Source of the DNA: Gemmatimonadales bacterium
Lineage (GTDB): Bacteria; Gemmatimonadota; Gemmatimonadetes; Gemmatimonadales; GWC2-71-9
Reading direction: 5' to 3'
Assembly (NCBI GenBank): GCA_035644115.1
Contig: DASQPE010000099.1
Span: forward strand, 319-64,318
DNA length: 64,000 nucleotides
Shown here: positions 34,414-43,288 of the stretch, in pieces
How the letters are laid out: every line of letters starts with the position of its first letter
How positions within the stretch are numbered: the stretch's first letter is position 1
The notes under the pieces: model-generated
Told to the model about the DNA's origin: nothing
What the model saw: only the letters and a program-made list of their open reading frames with translations
The model's database searches: none
Made by a program: the position numbers and the translations under genes

Positions 34414-37221
34414 ATGCCCGAGTCCGTCATCCGCATCGTCAACGCCCGCCAGCATAATCTCCGGGGCGTCACGGTCGATCTTCCCCATCGTTCGTTGATC
34501 GTGATCACCGGACCGTCCGGCTCGGGCAAATCCTCCCTCGCCTTCGATACCCTCTACGCCGAGGGGCAGCGGCGCTACATCGAGTCGCTCTCCACTTATG
34601 CCAAGCAGTTTCTCGAGCGCATGCCCAAGCCGGCGGTCGACCGGCTGGAAGGGCTGGCGCCCGCGGTGGCGATCGAGCAGCGGAACCCGACGGTCTCGAG
34701 CCGCTCGACCGTGGGCACCGCGACCGAGGTCTACGACTATATGCGCCTGCTCTGGGCCCGCCTGGGAAAGACCTGGTGCCGGGCCTGCGGTGCGCCGGTG
34801 CGCCGCGATACGCCTCAGTCGGCTACCGATGACGTCCTCGCGACCCTCCCGGCGGGTACCCGGCTCCAGATCGCGTTTCCCCTACCGCTGAGCGCACGGG
34901 TGACCCACCAGGCGGTGGTCGACAACCTGCGTGCGCTTGGGTTCGTGCGCCTGGTGGCCGACGACGTGCCGCACCACCTCGACGAGCTCCCCCCCAAGCT
35001 CGACCTCACCGCTGCCACCCAGCTCCTGGTCGTCGTCGATCGAATCGTGGCTGGGCCGGAGCAGGGGTCCCGGCTGGCCGAGGCGTTCGGCACCGCCTTC
35101 GCCGAAGGCGAAGGCGTCGGCCTGGCGGTGCACGAGGCGGGCCGGTTGCGCTTCACCGAGTTCCCGGCCTGCAGCCGCTGCGACACTCCGGCGGCGACGG
35201 TCACGCCGGCGCTCTTCTCCTTCAACAATCCTCGCGGCGCCTGTTCGGCCTGCAACGGCTTCGGGGCCACCCTCGAGTATGACGAATCGCTGATCGTCCC
35301 CGATCCGGCACGCAGCCTCGCCCAGGGCGCGATCGATCCCTGGACCAAGCCCCGGTACGAGGGCCGGCGCCGGATCCTGGTCGAGCGGGCCCGCCAGCTC
35401 GACATTGATCCGGCAACGCCGTGGGCCAGGCTCCGGGCCGCGCAGAAGCGGGAGTTGCTCTACGGAAAAAAGGGGCGGTACCTCGGGATCTTCCCCTTCC
35501 TCAAGGGCCTCGAAGAGAAGCGGTACAAGCAGTACATCAGGGTGTTCCTGAGGCAGTACCAGCTCGCTCGCACCTGCGAGGCCTGCCACGGCACCCGGCT
35601 GAACCCGGACGCGCTCGGCGTCCGGATCGGCGACGACACCATCGCGGCCGTAGCGGCCCGCTCGGTGGACGATATTCACGCCTGGGTCCGCAGCCTGCCG
35701 CTTACCCCGTTCGAGCGCCAGATCGGTCAGCTCATCGTCGATCAGCTGGATGGCCGGCTCGGTTTTCTTCGCGACGTGGGCTTGGGCTATCTCACGCTGG
35801 AGCGGCAGACCCGCACGCTCTCCGGCGGCGAAGCTCAGCGCATCTCGCTGGCCAATGCGCTGGGCTCCAATCTGGTCGATTCGCTGTACGTGCTGGACGA
35901 GCCTTCGATCGGTCTCCACCCCCGCGACACCGATCGGCTGCTCGCGCTCCTGCGCCGGCTGCGCGACAACGGCAACACAGTGGTCGTGGTCGAGCACGAC
36001 CTCGCGGCCATTCAGCAGGCCGACTTCATGCTGGAGCTGGGACCCGGGTCGGGCGAGCGGGGCGGCCGGGTGGTGCACGCGGGGCCCGTGGCCGCGGCCA
36101 GCGCCTCGCTCACCGGGCAGTATCTAACCGGCGCCAAGCGGATTGCGGTGCCCAGCGTGCGGCGCCACCCGGGACCGGAGTGGCTGCGCATCCGGGGGGC
36201 GGAGCTGCACAACCTGAAGGCGGTGGACGCGGACATTCCACTCGGCGCCTTCACCGCCGTGACCGGCGTGTCCGGCTCCGGCAAGAGCACGCTGGTGTAC
36301 GACGTCCTCTACCGGAACCTCGAGGCGCGGCTCCACGGCGGCCACTCCGCAAAGTCGCATCTGGGAGAGGCAGTGGGCATGGTGCGCGGACTCACCGGCT
36401 GGGAGCACTTGGAGGACGTGCTCCTGGTAGACCAGTCCCCCATCGGCCGCTCACCCCGGTCCAACCCGGTCACCTACATCAAGGCGTTCGACGAGATCCG
36501 CGAGTTGTTCGCCCAGCAGCCGCTCGCCCGGCAGCGGCGCTACACCGCCGCGACCTTTTCCTTCAACCTCCCGGGCGGCCGCTGCGAAGCGTGCGAAGGC
36601 GCCGGACACGTCCAGGTGGAGATGGTGTTCCTGGCCGACGTGTTCGTGCCCTGCGAGATGTGCGGGGGCAGTCGCTTCAAGTCCGAAGTGCTCGAAGTCC
36701 GGATCCACGGGCACTCGATCCACGACGTCCTTCAGTGGACGGTGGACGAAGCGATCGCCCGTTTCCGCCACCAGGCAAAGCTCGGCGCCTCGCTGTGGCA
36801 TCTGCAACAGGTCGGCCTGGGCTACCTCCGGCTGGGCCAGCCGGCCACCACGCTCTCCGGTGGCGAGGCGCAGCGGCTCAAGATCGCGCGCGAGCTCTCG
36901 GGCTCCGCCAAACGCGACGGCCGCAAGCTCTATCTGCTGGATGAGCCGACCACCGGACTCCACCTCGACGACGTGCGGGTGCTCATCCAGGTGCTCGACC
37001 GTCTGGTGGACGCGGGCCACACGGTCGTGATCATCGAGCACCACCTGGACGTGATCAAGCGGGCCGACTGGATCATCGATCTCGGACCCGAAGCGGGCGA
37101 CGGCGGCGGCCAGGTGGTCGTTCAGGGAACCCCGGAAGACGTCGCGGCGGTCGAGGCCTCCCATACCGGCCGCTATCTCCGTCCCTTGCTTCTGCCGGCC
37201 GCACCAGCGCTCGCCGGATGA
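34414..37221 (+). CDS. uvrA: excinuclease ABC subunit A family ATPase (UvrA or UvrA paralog)
   Basis: ATG 34414 (MPESVIRIVNARQHNLRG) is in frame with track ORF 34330..37221. Two ABC modules (GPSGSGKSSLAFDTLYAEGQRRYIESLS; GVSGSGKSTL), two LSGGEAQR signatures and Cys-rich zinc modules. Confidence 0.85.
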   Translation: MPESVIRIVNARQHNLRGVTVDLPHRSLIVITGPSGSGKSSLAFDTLYAEGQRRYIESLSTYAKQFLERMPKPAVDRLEGLAPAVAIEQRNPTVSSRSTVGTATEVYDYMRLLWARLGKTWCRACGAPVRRDTPQSATDDVLATLPAGTRLQIAFPLPLSARVTHQAVVDNLRALGFVRLVADDVPHHLDELPPKLDLTAATQLLVVVDRIVAGPEQGSRLAEAFGTAFAEGEGVGLAVHEAGRLRFTEFPACSRCDTPAATVTPALFSFNNPRGACSACNGFGATLEYDESLIVPDPARSLAQGAIDPWTKPRYEGRRRILVERARQLDIDPATPWARLRAAQKRELLYGKKGRYLGIFPFLKGLEEKRYKQYIRVFLRQYQLARTCEACHGTRLNPDALGVRIGDDTIAAVAARSVDDIHAWVRSLPLTPFERQIGQLIVDQLDGRLGFLRDVGLGYLTLERQTRTLSGGEAQRISLANALGSNLVDSLYVLDEPSIGLHPRDTDRLLALLRRLRDNGNTVVVVEHDLAAIQQADFMLELGPGSGERGGRVVHAGPVAAASASLTGQYLTGAKRIAVPSVRRHPGPEWLRIRGAELHNLKAVDADIPLGAFTAVTGVSGSGKSTLVYDVLYRNLEARLHGGHSAKSHLGEAVGMVRGLTGWEHLEDVLLVDQSPIGRSPRSNPVTYIKAFDEIRELFAQQPLARQRRYTAATFSFNLPGGRCEACEGAGHVQVEMVFLADVFVPCEMCGGSRFKSEVLEVRIHGHSIHDVLQWTVDEAIARFRHQAKLGASLWHLQQVGLGYLRLGQPATTLSGGEAQRLKIARELSGSAKRDGRKLYLLDEPTTGLHLDDVRVLIQVLDRLVDAGHTVVIIEHHLDVIKRADWIIDLGPEAGDGGGQVVVQGTPEDVAAVEASHTGRYLRPLLLPAAPALAG

Positions 37222-38108
37222 CGCGCCGGCAGGGGATCGCCGCGCTGATCTTCATCGCAATTGTCTGGGGCTGCTGCTTTACCCTCATCAAGCAGACCCT
37301 CACGTTCGTCTCTCCCCTCGTCTTCCTCGCGATCCGTTTCCTGCTCGCCTCGGTCTTCGTGCTGCCCTGGCTCCGGGGCCTCTCCCGCCGGGAGCTCGTC
37401 GGTGGCGTGGTCCTCGGCGCGTTGTTCTGGGCCGGGTTCGTCTTTCAGACGGTTGGACTCCAGTACACGACGCCCAGCCGCTCCGGGTTCATCACCGGCC
37501 TGAGCACGCCGCTGGTGCCTATCGCGTATTTCGCGGTCTACCGCCGGCGGGCAACGCTCACCACTACCCTCGCCGTGATCGTGACCGGCATTGGCATGTA
37601 TCTCCTCACCCGGCCTGGCGGGATGAGCGCGGGCATCAATCTGGGCGACGTCCTCACCCTCGGCTGTGCCGTGCTCTTTGCGTTCCAGATCGTCGCCGCG
37701 GGTCACTACACGCGGATCGCCCGGCCGGAACGGTTGCTGGCGATCGAGCTGGCGATGACGGGCCTGTTGTCGGCCCTGGTCGCCCCGGTGCTCGAGTCGC
37801 CCCGGCTCGCCCTGGTCCCGTCGGTCGCGCTCGCCATCGCGTTCCTGAGCCTGACCGCGGCGGTGACGTTCTACCTGCAGCTGGGAGCCCAAAAGGTGGT
37901 GAGCCCGGCGCTCACGGCGATCATCTTCACGCTCGAGGCGCTGGCGGCCGCGGCTACCAGCTGGATCGTCCTGGGCGAGACACTGACCGTCGGCCAGTGG
38001 ATCGGTGGCACACTCATTCTGGCGGGCGCAGCCCTGCCATTTGTGCGAACGCCTGGTTGGCGCGCATCAGCGGCGTTCCCGGGCGCGAAGGTCGAGTCCG
38101 AGCGATAA
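37218..38108 (+). CDS. EamA/DMT-superfamily transporter
   Basis: Track ORF with an ATGA overlap with the uvrA-family stop. Ten TM segments and two EamA repeats. Confidence 0.85.
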   Translation: MTRRQGIAALIFIAIVWGCCFTLIKQTLTFVSPLVFLAIRFLLASVFVLPWLRGLSRRELVGGVVLGALFWAGFVFQTVGLQYTTPSRSGFITGLSTPLVPIAYFAVYRRRATLTTTLAVIVTGIGMYLLTRPGGMSAGINLGDVLTLGCAVLFAFQIVAAGHYTRIARPERLLAIELAMTGLLSALVAPVLESPRLALVPSVALAIAFLSLTAAVTFYLQLGAQKVVSPALTAIIFTLEALAAAATSWIVLGETLTVGQWIGGTLILAGAALPFVRTPGWRASAAFPGAKVESER

Positions 38109-38123
38109 CGCTCAGCTACCTGT

Positions 38124-38318
38124 CTAACGTGACCTTGTCAAAGTGCTGAGCGGTTGACTGGACGCGACCTCGGTCGTGTCGGTCAAGGCCCGCAGGAACG
38201 CAATCAAGGCGCCCTTTTCCTTGGCTGAGAGATGCAGCGAGTCGGAAGGCAGGGTCTGGTTGGGCAGATCGAGACCGCTGCCAACCGCACCACCGCGATC
38301 GTAGAAGTAACGGATTCG
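38124..38318 (-). pseudogene. 3' remnant of a cytochrome-c-peroxidase/MauG-like gene (64 codons, no start)
   Basis: Read by eye. Directly after, and in frame with, the decarboxylase stop (38319-38321), the minus strand reads RIRYFYDRGGAVGSGLDLPNQTLPSDSLHLSAKEKGALIAFLRALTD... then TAG. It resembles the CCP-family C-terminus (..FY.RGG......L..L.LS..EK..L.AFL..LT). Confidence 0.45.
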
Positions 38319-39746
38319 CTACGGCTCTCGCGTTGCGTGAGCCGCGTCACGAACTAACCGCCAAGCGTCCTCCACCTGCGCCCGCTCGGTACAGCGTTGG
38401 CCGATCGCGAGCCGGATGGCGTACTGGCCGCCCAACGTCGTGTGGGTCAGAAAGACCCGGCCGCTGGCGTTGACCCGCGCAAGCAGCTCACGGTTCAGCT
38501 GCGTGAGCCGCGGATCATCCGCCGAGACCGCTGGTGGACGGTAACGGAAGCAGACCAGGCCGAGCGGGGCCGGCGCCATCAGCTCGAACCCCGGCGTCGC
38601 CTCGATCCATCCCGCCAGCTCCTGGCCCAGCCCCACGTGTCGCCGGAGCATTGCCCGCAGCCCGTCGACGCCGTAGCTCCGGATCACGAACCAGAGCTTG
38701 AGCGCGCGAAATCGCCGGCCCAGCTGGATGCCCCAGTCGCGGAAGTTGACGACGTCGGAGTCGTGAGCGGTCCGGAGATACTCCGGCGTGATGGTGAACG
38801 TCCGAAGCAGTGTGGCCACGTCGCGCACGAAATAGGCGCTGCAGTCGAAGTTGACCAGCAGCCACTTGTGCGGATTGAACACCAGGCTGTCCGCCTGTTC
38901 CACGCCGTCCAGGATCCACCGTAGCTCCGGCAGGATGGCCGCCGACCCCGCCCAGGCCGCGTCCACGTGGAGCCAGGCGCCGTGCCGGCGGCAGAGTTTT
39001 GCGATCGCCGGGACTGGGTCGATCGCCGTGGACGACGTAGTGCCGACCGTGGCGACCACACACGCAGGCACCAGCCCCGCCGCCGCATCGCGGGCCATCG
39101 CGTCCTCCAGCAGGTCGGCTCGAAGCACATAACGCTCGTCCACCGGGATCGATCGCAGGGCCTCTGCACCGTAGCCGGCCAGCTTGACCCCCTTGAGCAC
39201 CGACGAATGCGCCTCCGCCGACGCGTACACCCGGAGTCGCTGGCCCGACTCGGCACCCAGCCGCTCGCCCGCGAAGCCGCTGGCCCGCTCCCGGGCTGAC
39301 AGCAGCGCGACCAGCGTCGCCGTCGATGCGGTGTCCTGGATGACCCCGGTAAATCCCTCCGGCAGCGCGAGCATCTGCGCCAGCCACGCCATGGTCACCT
39401 GTTCCAGCTCGGTGGCCGCCGGCGACGTCTGCCAGGACATGCATTGAGCGGCCAGGGTCGCGGTGAGCATTTCCGCCAGAATCGACGGCGGGCTGTTGTT
39501 CGCCGCGAAGTAGGCGAACCAGCCGGGATGGCTCCAGTGGCTCATGCCCGGCACGATCAGCTGCTCGAAATCGGCGACGATGCGTTCGAACGGCTCGCCC
39601 TCGTCCGGCGGCCCCGGCGGAAGCGAGCGCCGGACGTCGCCCGGCTTCACCTCGGGCACGATCCGCCGCCCGCCGACGTCGCGGAGATAGTCGGCCATCC
39701 AGTCCACGAGCCTATGCCCGTGGGCGCGGAATTCTTCGGGAGTCAT
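38319..39746 (-). CDS. group II PLP-dependent decarboxylase (aromatic-L-amino-acid decarboxylase-like)
   Basis: Track ORF of 475 aa. HWSHPGWFAYFAANNSPPSILAEML, TSTATLVAL, and the PLP-lysine motif FNPHKWLLVNFDCS. Confidence 0.9.
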   Translation of the reverse strand: MTPEEFRAHGHRLVDWMADYLRDVGGRRIVPEVKPGDVRRSLPPGPPDEGEPFERIVADFEQLIVPGMSHWSHPGWFAYFAANNSPPSILAEMLTATLAAQCMSWQTSPAATELEQVTMAWLAQMLALPEGFTGVIQDTASTATLVALLSARERASGFAGERLGAESGQRLRVYASAEAHSSVLKGVKLAGYGAEALRSIPVDERYVLRADLLEDAMARDAAAGLVPACVVATVGTTSSTAIDPVPAIAKLCRRHGAWLHVDAAWAGSAAILPELRWILDGVEQADSLVFNPHKWLLVNFDCSAYFVRDVATLLRTFTITPEYLRTAHDSDVVNFRDWGIQLGRRFRALKLWFVIRSYGVDGLRAMLRRHVGLGQELAGWIEATPGFELMAPAPLGLVCFRYRPPAVSADDPRLTQLNRELLARVNASGRVFLTHTTLGGQYAIRLAIGQRCTERAQVEDAWRLVRDAAHATREP

Positions 39747-39779
39747 GGAACGGGAAGATAAGACGGCGGGAAGAACAGC

Positions 39780-39863
39780 GTGAACGGTAAACGGTGAACG
39801 GTGAACGGGGGAATCCGACGGTCAGCAGACGTCCCTGTTTACTGTTTACTGTTGACTGTTTAC
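39780..39863 (+). repeat. hairpin B: (TGAACGG/TAAACGG)x4 - 22-nt loop - (TGTTTAC/TGTTGAC)x4
   Basis: Read directly. Positions 39780-39810 pair with 39833-39863 over 31 positions: 23 Watson-Crick, 7 G:T and 1 mismatch. The G:T positions pair only in plus-strand RNA. Confidence 0.9.
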
Positions 39864-39893
39864 CGTTGGGTCTTTCTGGGGACTCGGGACGCT

Positions 39894-40547
39894 GTGAAAG
39901 CCACCACGACGGCGCGGCGGGACGGGCTGTGTTTTGACCCCCTCGAAGCCGTGCGCTACCTCGTCGCCGCGGACTCCCGCCTCCGCGGGATCGTCGAAGG
40001 CTCGGGGCCGTTCGACTTTCGACCGGAGCGGACCCAGAGCCTGTTCGCCGCGCTGCTCGAGGCCATCGTGTACCAGCAGCTGACCGGCAAGGCGGCGGAG
40101 ACGATTCTCGGCCGCGTCCTCGCCCTGTTCAGGCCGCGTCGCTACCCAACACCCAACGACCTCCTGCTTCTGCCCGAAGCTCGCCTCCGCTCGGCCGGCC
40201 TGTCGCGGAACAAGACTCTGGCCCTCCAGGACCTCGCCCGCCGCGTGCTCGACGGCACGGTTCCGTCCCTCGCGGCCGCGCGCCGGATGAGCGACGAGGA
40301 GCTGATACAGCGGCTCACGGCGGTGCGCGGGGTCGGTCGGTGGACGGTCGAGATGCTGCTGATCTTCCGGCTGGGCCGCGCCGACGTGCTGCCGGTCAGC
40401 GATCTCGGCATACGCAAGGGGTTCCAGAAAACGTTCGGCATGCGCCGGCTGCCGGCTGCCGTCACCATGACCCGTCGGGCCGAGCGCTGGCGTCCGTACC
40501 GCAGCGTGGCGAGCTGGTTTCTTTGGCGGGCGGCGGAGCTGGACTAG
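39894..40547 (+). CDS. DNA-3-methyladenine glycosylase II family (AlkA-like, HhH-GPD)
   Basis: GTG 39894 is in frame with track ORF 39801..40547; the track start lies inside hairpin B. HhH-GPD pattern LRSAGLSRNKTLALQDLA...VRGVGRWTVEMLLIF...PVSDLGIRKG. Confidence 0.8.
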   Translation: MKATTTARRDGLCFDPLEAVRYLVAADSRLRGIVEGSGPFDFRPERTQSLFAALLEAIVYQQLTGKAAETILGRVLALFRPRRYPTPNDLLLLPEARLRSAGLSRNKTLALQDLARRVLDGTVPSLAAARRMSDEELIQRLTAVRGVGRWTVEMLLIFRLGRADVLPVSDLGIRKGFQKTFGMRRLPAAVTMTRRAERWRPYRSVASWFLWRAAELD

Positions 40548-40548
40548 G

Positions 40549-42597
40549 CTAGCCCGGGCTGGCTAGGAGTCGCCGCGCCTGCGCGATCGCGTCGTGGCTC
40601 CCCGACAACGCCAGAAGATCGCCCTCCAGCAGTAAGGTCTCTGCCGTCGGCAACACGATGGCCTCGTCGCCCCCCCGCGAGAGCGCCACCGCGGTGGCGC
40701 CGGTCCGCCCCCGCAGGTTCAGCTCGGCCAGGGTCGCGCCCGCCGCCGCGCTCCCCGCGTCCACCCGCACCGCGACGAGTGTCCCCAGGCCGGGCAGCAG
40801 ATGCTGGACCTGCTCCAACGTTTCCGACTCGGCGCCCCGGTGCCTGGGACCCAACGCCTCCGCCATCATCTCCGCACCAGCCCGCATGTGCCCCTGGAGA
40901 TTGGTCGCGGTCCGCCAGAATACCATGCCCAGTACGGCCAGGGCCACCACCACCAGGATGGCCCCCTGATACAGGGGCAGGAACGGTTGGGTCACGGCCA
41001 CCAGCGGTATTCCTACCATCAACACGACCGCGATCTGCAGCACCACCACAAAGGCCCGTCTCGGAGCGTCCGCCGGGTCCATCTTGCTGGTGCCCCGGCT
41101 CGGCAGCGCCAGATCGGCAAGCGCGTTGCCCAGTCGGCGCGACGACCGGACCATCCCGACGGCAAACGGCGCCGCGCACACGGCAGCCCCGGCCACGACC
41201 ACCCAGCGCGCCGACCCCTCGGCCATCCCCGCCCGTTCCTGCAGCGTGTCGAGCAGGCGGGGGAGGTTGACCGACGCCCCGATGATGATGCCCCCCAGCA
41301 GCGCCGCGTCCACCGCCACGAACTGCACCGCGCGCCGGATCGGCGTCCAGGGTGTGCTCCGGCCCGGTGCGCCGCGCAGCAGCTCGATCCAGGACCCGTA
41401 GAGGGTGGCAAACGTTTGGAGCGGCCGGGGCAGCCGGCGATCAACGTAGAGCGCCAGCGGCTCGGAGGCGCGGACCAGCCAGGGGCTGGCGAACGCCGTG
41501 ACCACCGATACCGCCGCCGCGACGTGCGGCAGCGCGGCGGCCGATCCCCCTAGGCCGGCGCCGATACCGGCGATGATGAACGCGAACTCCCCTGTGTGGG
41601 CTACGCTCATGCCGGCCCGAACGCTCAGTCGCGTGCCGTGGCCGGTGAGAAACGCCCCGGCGCTCACGCCCACGATCTTGCCGACGATCAGCACGGTCAC
41701 CAGCGCCGCAATGAGCCGCCAGTTCGCCGCGGCGATGGCCGGATCGAGCAGCATGCCCACCGCGACGAAGAAGATCGCGCCGAACATGTCCCGCAGCGGC
41801 CGCACCAGCTGCTCGACCGTTCGGCCCGCCCCCGACTCGTATACCAGGGAGCCTGCGAGAAACGCCCCCAGCGCAACCGAGTACCCGGCCGAGCGGGCGA
41901 GCAGGGCGGCTGCGAAGCAGAGGCCCACGCTCGCCACCAGCGTCGTTTCGGGGCGGCGGAGCCGGGCCACTGCGCGCATCGAAGGCGGCACGACCAGCAG
42001 GCCCAGCGCGAGTGCACCGGCGAGGAAGGCGAGCAAGCGGGCACCGGTGCGTGCGAGATCCGCGCCTGTCAACCCGCCGCCGGAAGCCAGGGCCGTCGCC
42101 ACGGCGATGAGTAGAATCGCCGCCACGTCCTCGAACACGGTGATCGAAAGCACCAGCTCCCGGAGCGGTCCCTCGACCCGGACATCGCCGAGCACGCTTG
42201 CCGCGATCATGGTGCTCGACACCGCTACCACCGCCCCCGCCAGCACGCTTGCCTCCGGGCTCCAGCCGAACAGCCGGCCGACCAGGGTGCCCGACGCCAG
42301 GAGCAGACCCACCTCGAGCAGCACGACCAGCGCTACCCGTGGGCCCATCCGGATGAGGCGCCGGAGACTGAACTCGAGCCCAATCGAGAACATGAGCAAC
42401 ACCACGCCGAGCTCGGCGAGCGTTCGCACCGTCCCGACGTCCGCGACCAGCGGCAGCGGCACGTGCGGGCCGACCACCAGGCCGGCGACGATATAGCCGG
42501 GAACGGCGGGCAGATGAAGTCGCTGGAACCCCACGGACGTCACGGCCGCGACACACAAGACGAGCGCCAGGTCCGTCAGGAAGGCTTGGGCGTCCAT
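40549..42597 (-). CDS. cation:proton antiporter (CPA2/Kef-type) with C-terminal TrkA-C (RCK_C) domain
   Basis: Track ORF of 682 aa. Na+/H+ exchanger TM domain (GYIVAGLVVGP...LMFSIGLEFS) and a C-terminal RCK_C-like segment (LAELNLRGRTGATAVALSRGGDEAIVLP). Confidence 0.85.
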   Translation of the reverse strand: MDAQAFLTDLALVLCVAAVTSVGFQRLHLPAVPGYIVAGLVVGPHVPLPLVADVGTVRTLAELGVVLLMFSIGLEFSLRRLIRMGPRVALVVLLEVGLLLASGTLVGRLFGWSPEASVLAGAVVAVSSTMIAASVLGDVRVEGPLRELVLSITVFEDVAAILLIAVATALASGGGLTGADLARTGARLLAFLAGALALGLLVVPPSMRAVARLRRPETTLVASVGLCFAAALLARSAGYSVALGAFLAGSLVYESGAGRTVEQLVRPLRDMFGAIFFVAVGMLLDPAIAAANWRLIAALVTVLIVGKIVGVSAGAFLTGHGTRLSVRAGMSVAHTGEFAFIIAGIGAGLGGSAAALPHVAAAVSVVTAFASPWLVRASEPLALYVDRRLPRPLQTFATLYGSWIELLRGAPGRSTPWTPIRRAVQFVAVDAALLGGIIIGASVNLPRLLDTLQERAGMAEGSARWVVVAGAAVCAAPFAVGMVRSSRRLGNALADLALPSRGTSKMDPADAPRRAFVVVLQIAVVLMVGIPLVAVTQPFLPLYQGAILVVVALAVLGMVFWRTATNLQGHMRAGAEMMAEALGPRHRGAESETLEQVQHLLPGLGTLVAVRVDAGSAAAGATLAELNLRGRTGATAVALSRGGDEAIVLPTAETLLLEGDLLALSGSHDAIAQARRLLASPG

Positions 42598-42685
42598 CGT
42601 CGCTCGGGAGGGGGAGAACGGGGCCGGTGACCCTGCGCCATCCGGCCCGGCAGATGTAGTTTACGGCATTCGAGGAGGGCACGAC

Positions 42686-43165
42686 ATGATGGCACGGGCG
42701 AATGCAGCGCCGGCCCTGGAACCCAGCCCCGAAGCGGTGCAGGCGGCGCGCGAGCGCCTCCGCGAACGAGGGATCAACGCGACCGAGGAGATCGTCCGGG
42801 AGGCGCTGCGGAGCGTGCTCGCGATCGAGGGCGCGCGCCTCGATCGCCGGGCGCGAGAGGCGGCGGCGGCCTGTCTGCTCCGAATCCAGGAGGCGACCCG
42901 CGAGGCTCTCGCCGCACTGGTGCAGCCGAACGCCCCGACGGCTCCGATTCCGGCTGTTCCCGGGGTCGCACACCCGGCCAAGTCGGCGCCGCCGCTCAAA
43001 CGGGACACTCCGGTCAACCTGGCCGAGATCGTTCGCCGTCGACTCGGCGATGAGCTGCCACCCGCACCGCCGGAGCGCCCGCTCGCCTCGCCTACCCCTC
43101 CACCATCCCCTGCCCGCTCGGCCGAGCCCCGCCGCCCCGTCTTCAAGCGACCTCGCGGGCGCTGA
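42686..43165 (+). CDS. hypothetical Ala/Pro/Arg-rich protein
   Basis: Track ORF with GC-rich third positions. N-terminal helical part, Pro-rich tail, no domain recognised. Confidence 0.4.
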   Translation: MMARANAAPALEPSPEAVQAARERLRERGINATEEIVREALRSVLAIEGARLDRRAREAAAACLLRIQEATREALAALVQPNAPTAPIPAVPGVAHPAKSAPPLKRDTPVNLAEIVRRRLGDELPPAPPERPLASPTPPPSPARSAEPRRPVFKRPRGR

Positions 43166-43288
43166 CCGCCGCATTCACCCGTCGGGCCTGCTTCGGCTTG
43201 CGGTCCGGCGGGACCGCACCCCATGTTGGAGCCACGGGGGTTCCTCCCCCAGCCGTCGTCGTCACCTTGAGCGCAGGAGGATCGCGCC

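Noticed and set aside
31434-34529. 1031-aa track ORF suggesting a giant ABC-transporter fusion
   Set aside because: Only the C-terminal 607 aa (from ATG 33257) look like protein. The N-terminal about 420 aa are Arg/Pro/Gly-rich, typical of an out-of-frame read in GC-rich DNA. That part overlaps the well-formed UPF0104 gene 33254..34330 in another frame.
38101-38160. Inverted repeat CGCTCAGC...GCTGAGCG just after the EamA gene stop, as a terminator
   Set aside because: It has only an 8-bp stem with a 28-nt loop and no following T-run. That is too weak to report as a feature.
39801-39893. N-terminal extension of the AlkA-like gene starting at GTG 39801
   Set aside because: That start lies inside hairpin B, and the first 30 residues are repeat-encoded (..VYCLLLTVYRWVF..). 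GTG 39894 gives a protein of normal length for the family.
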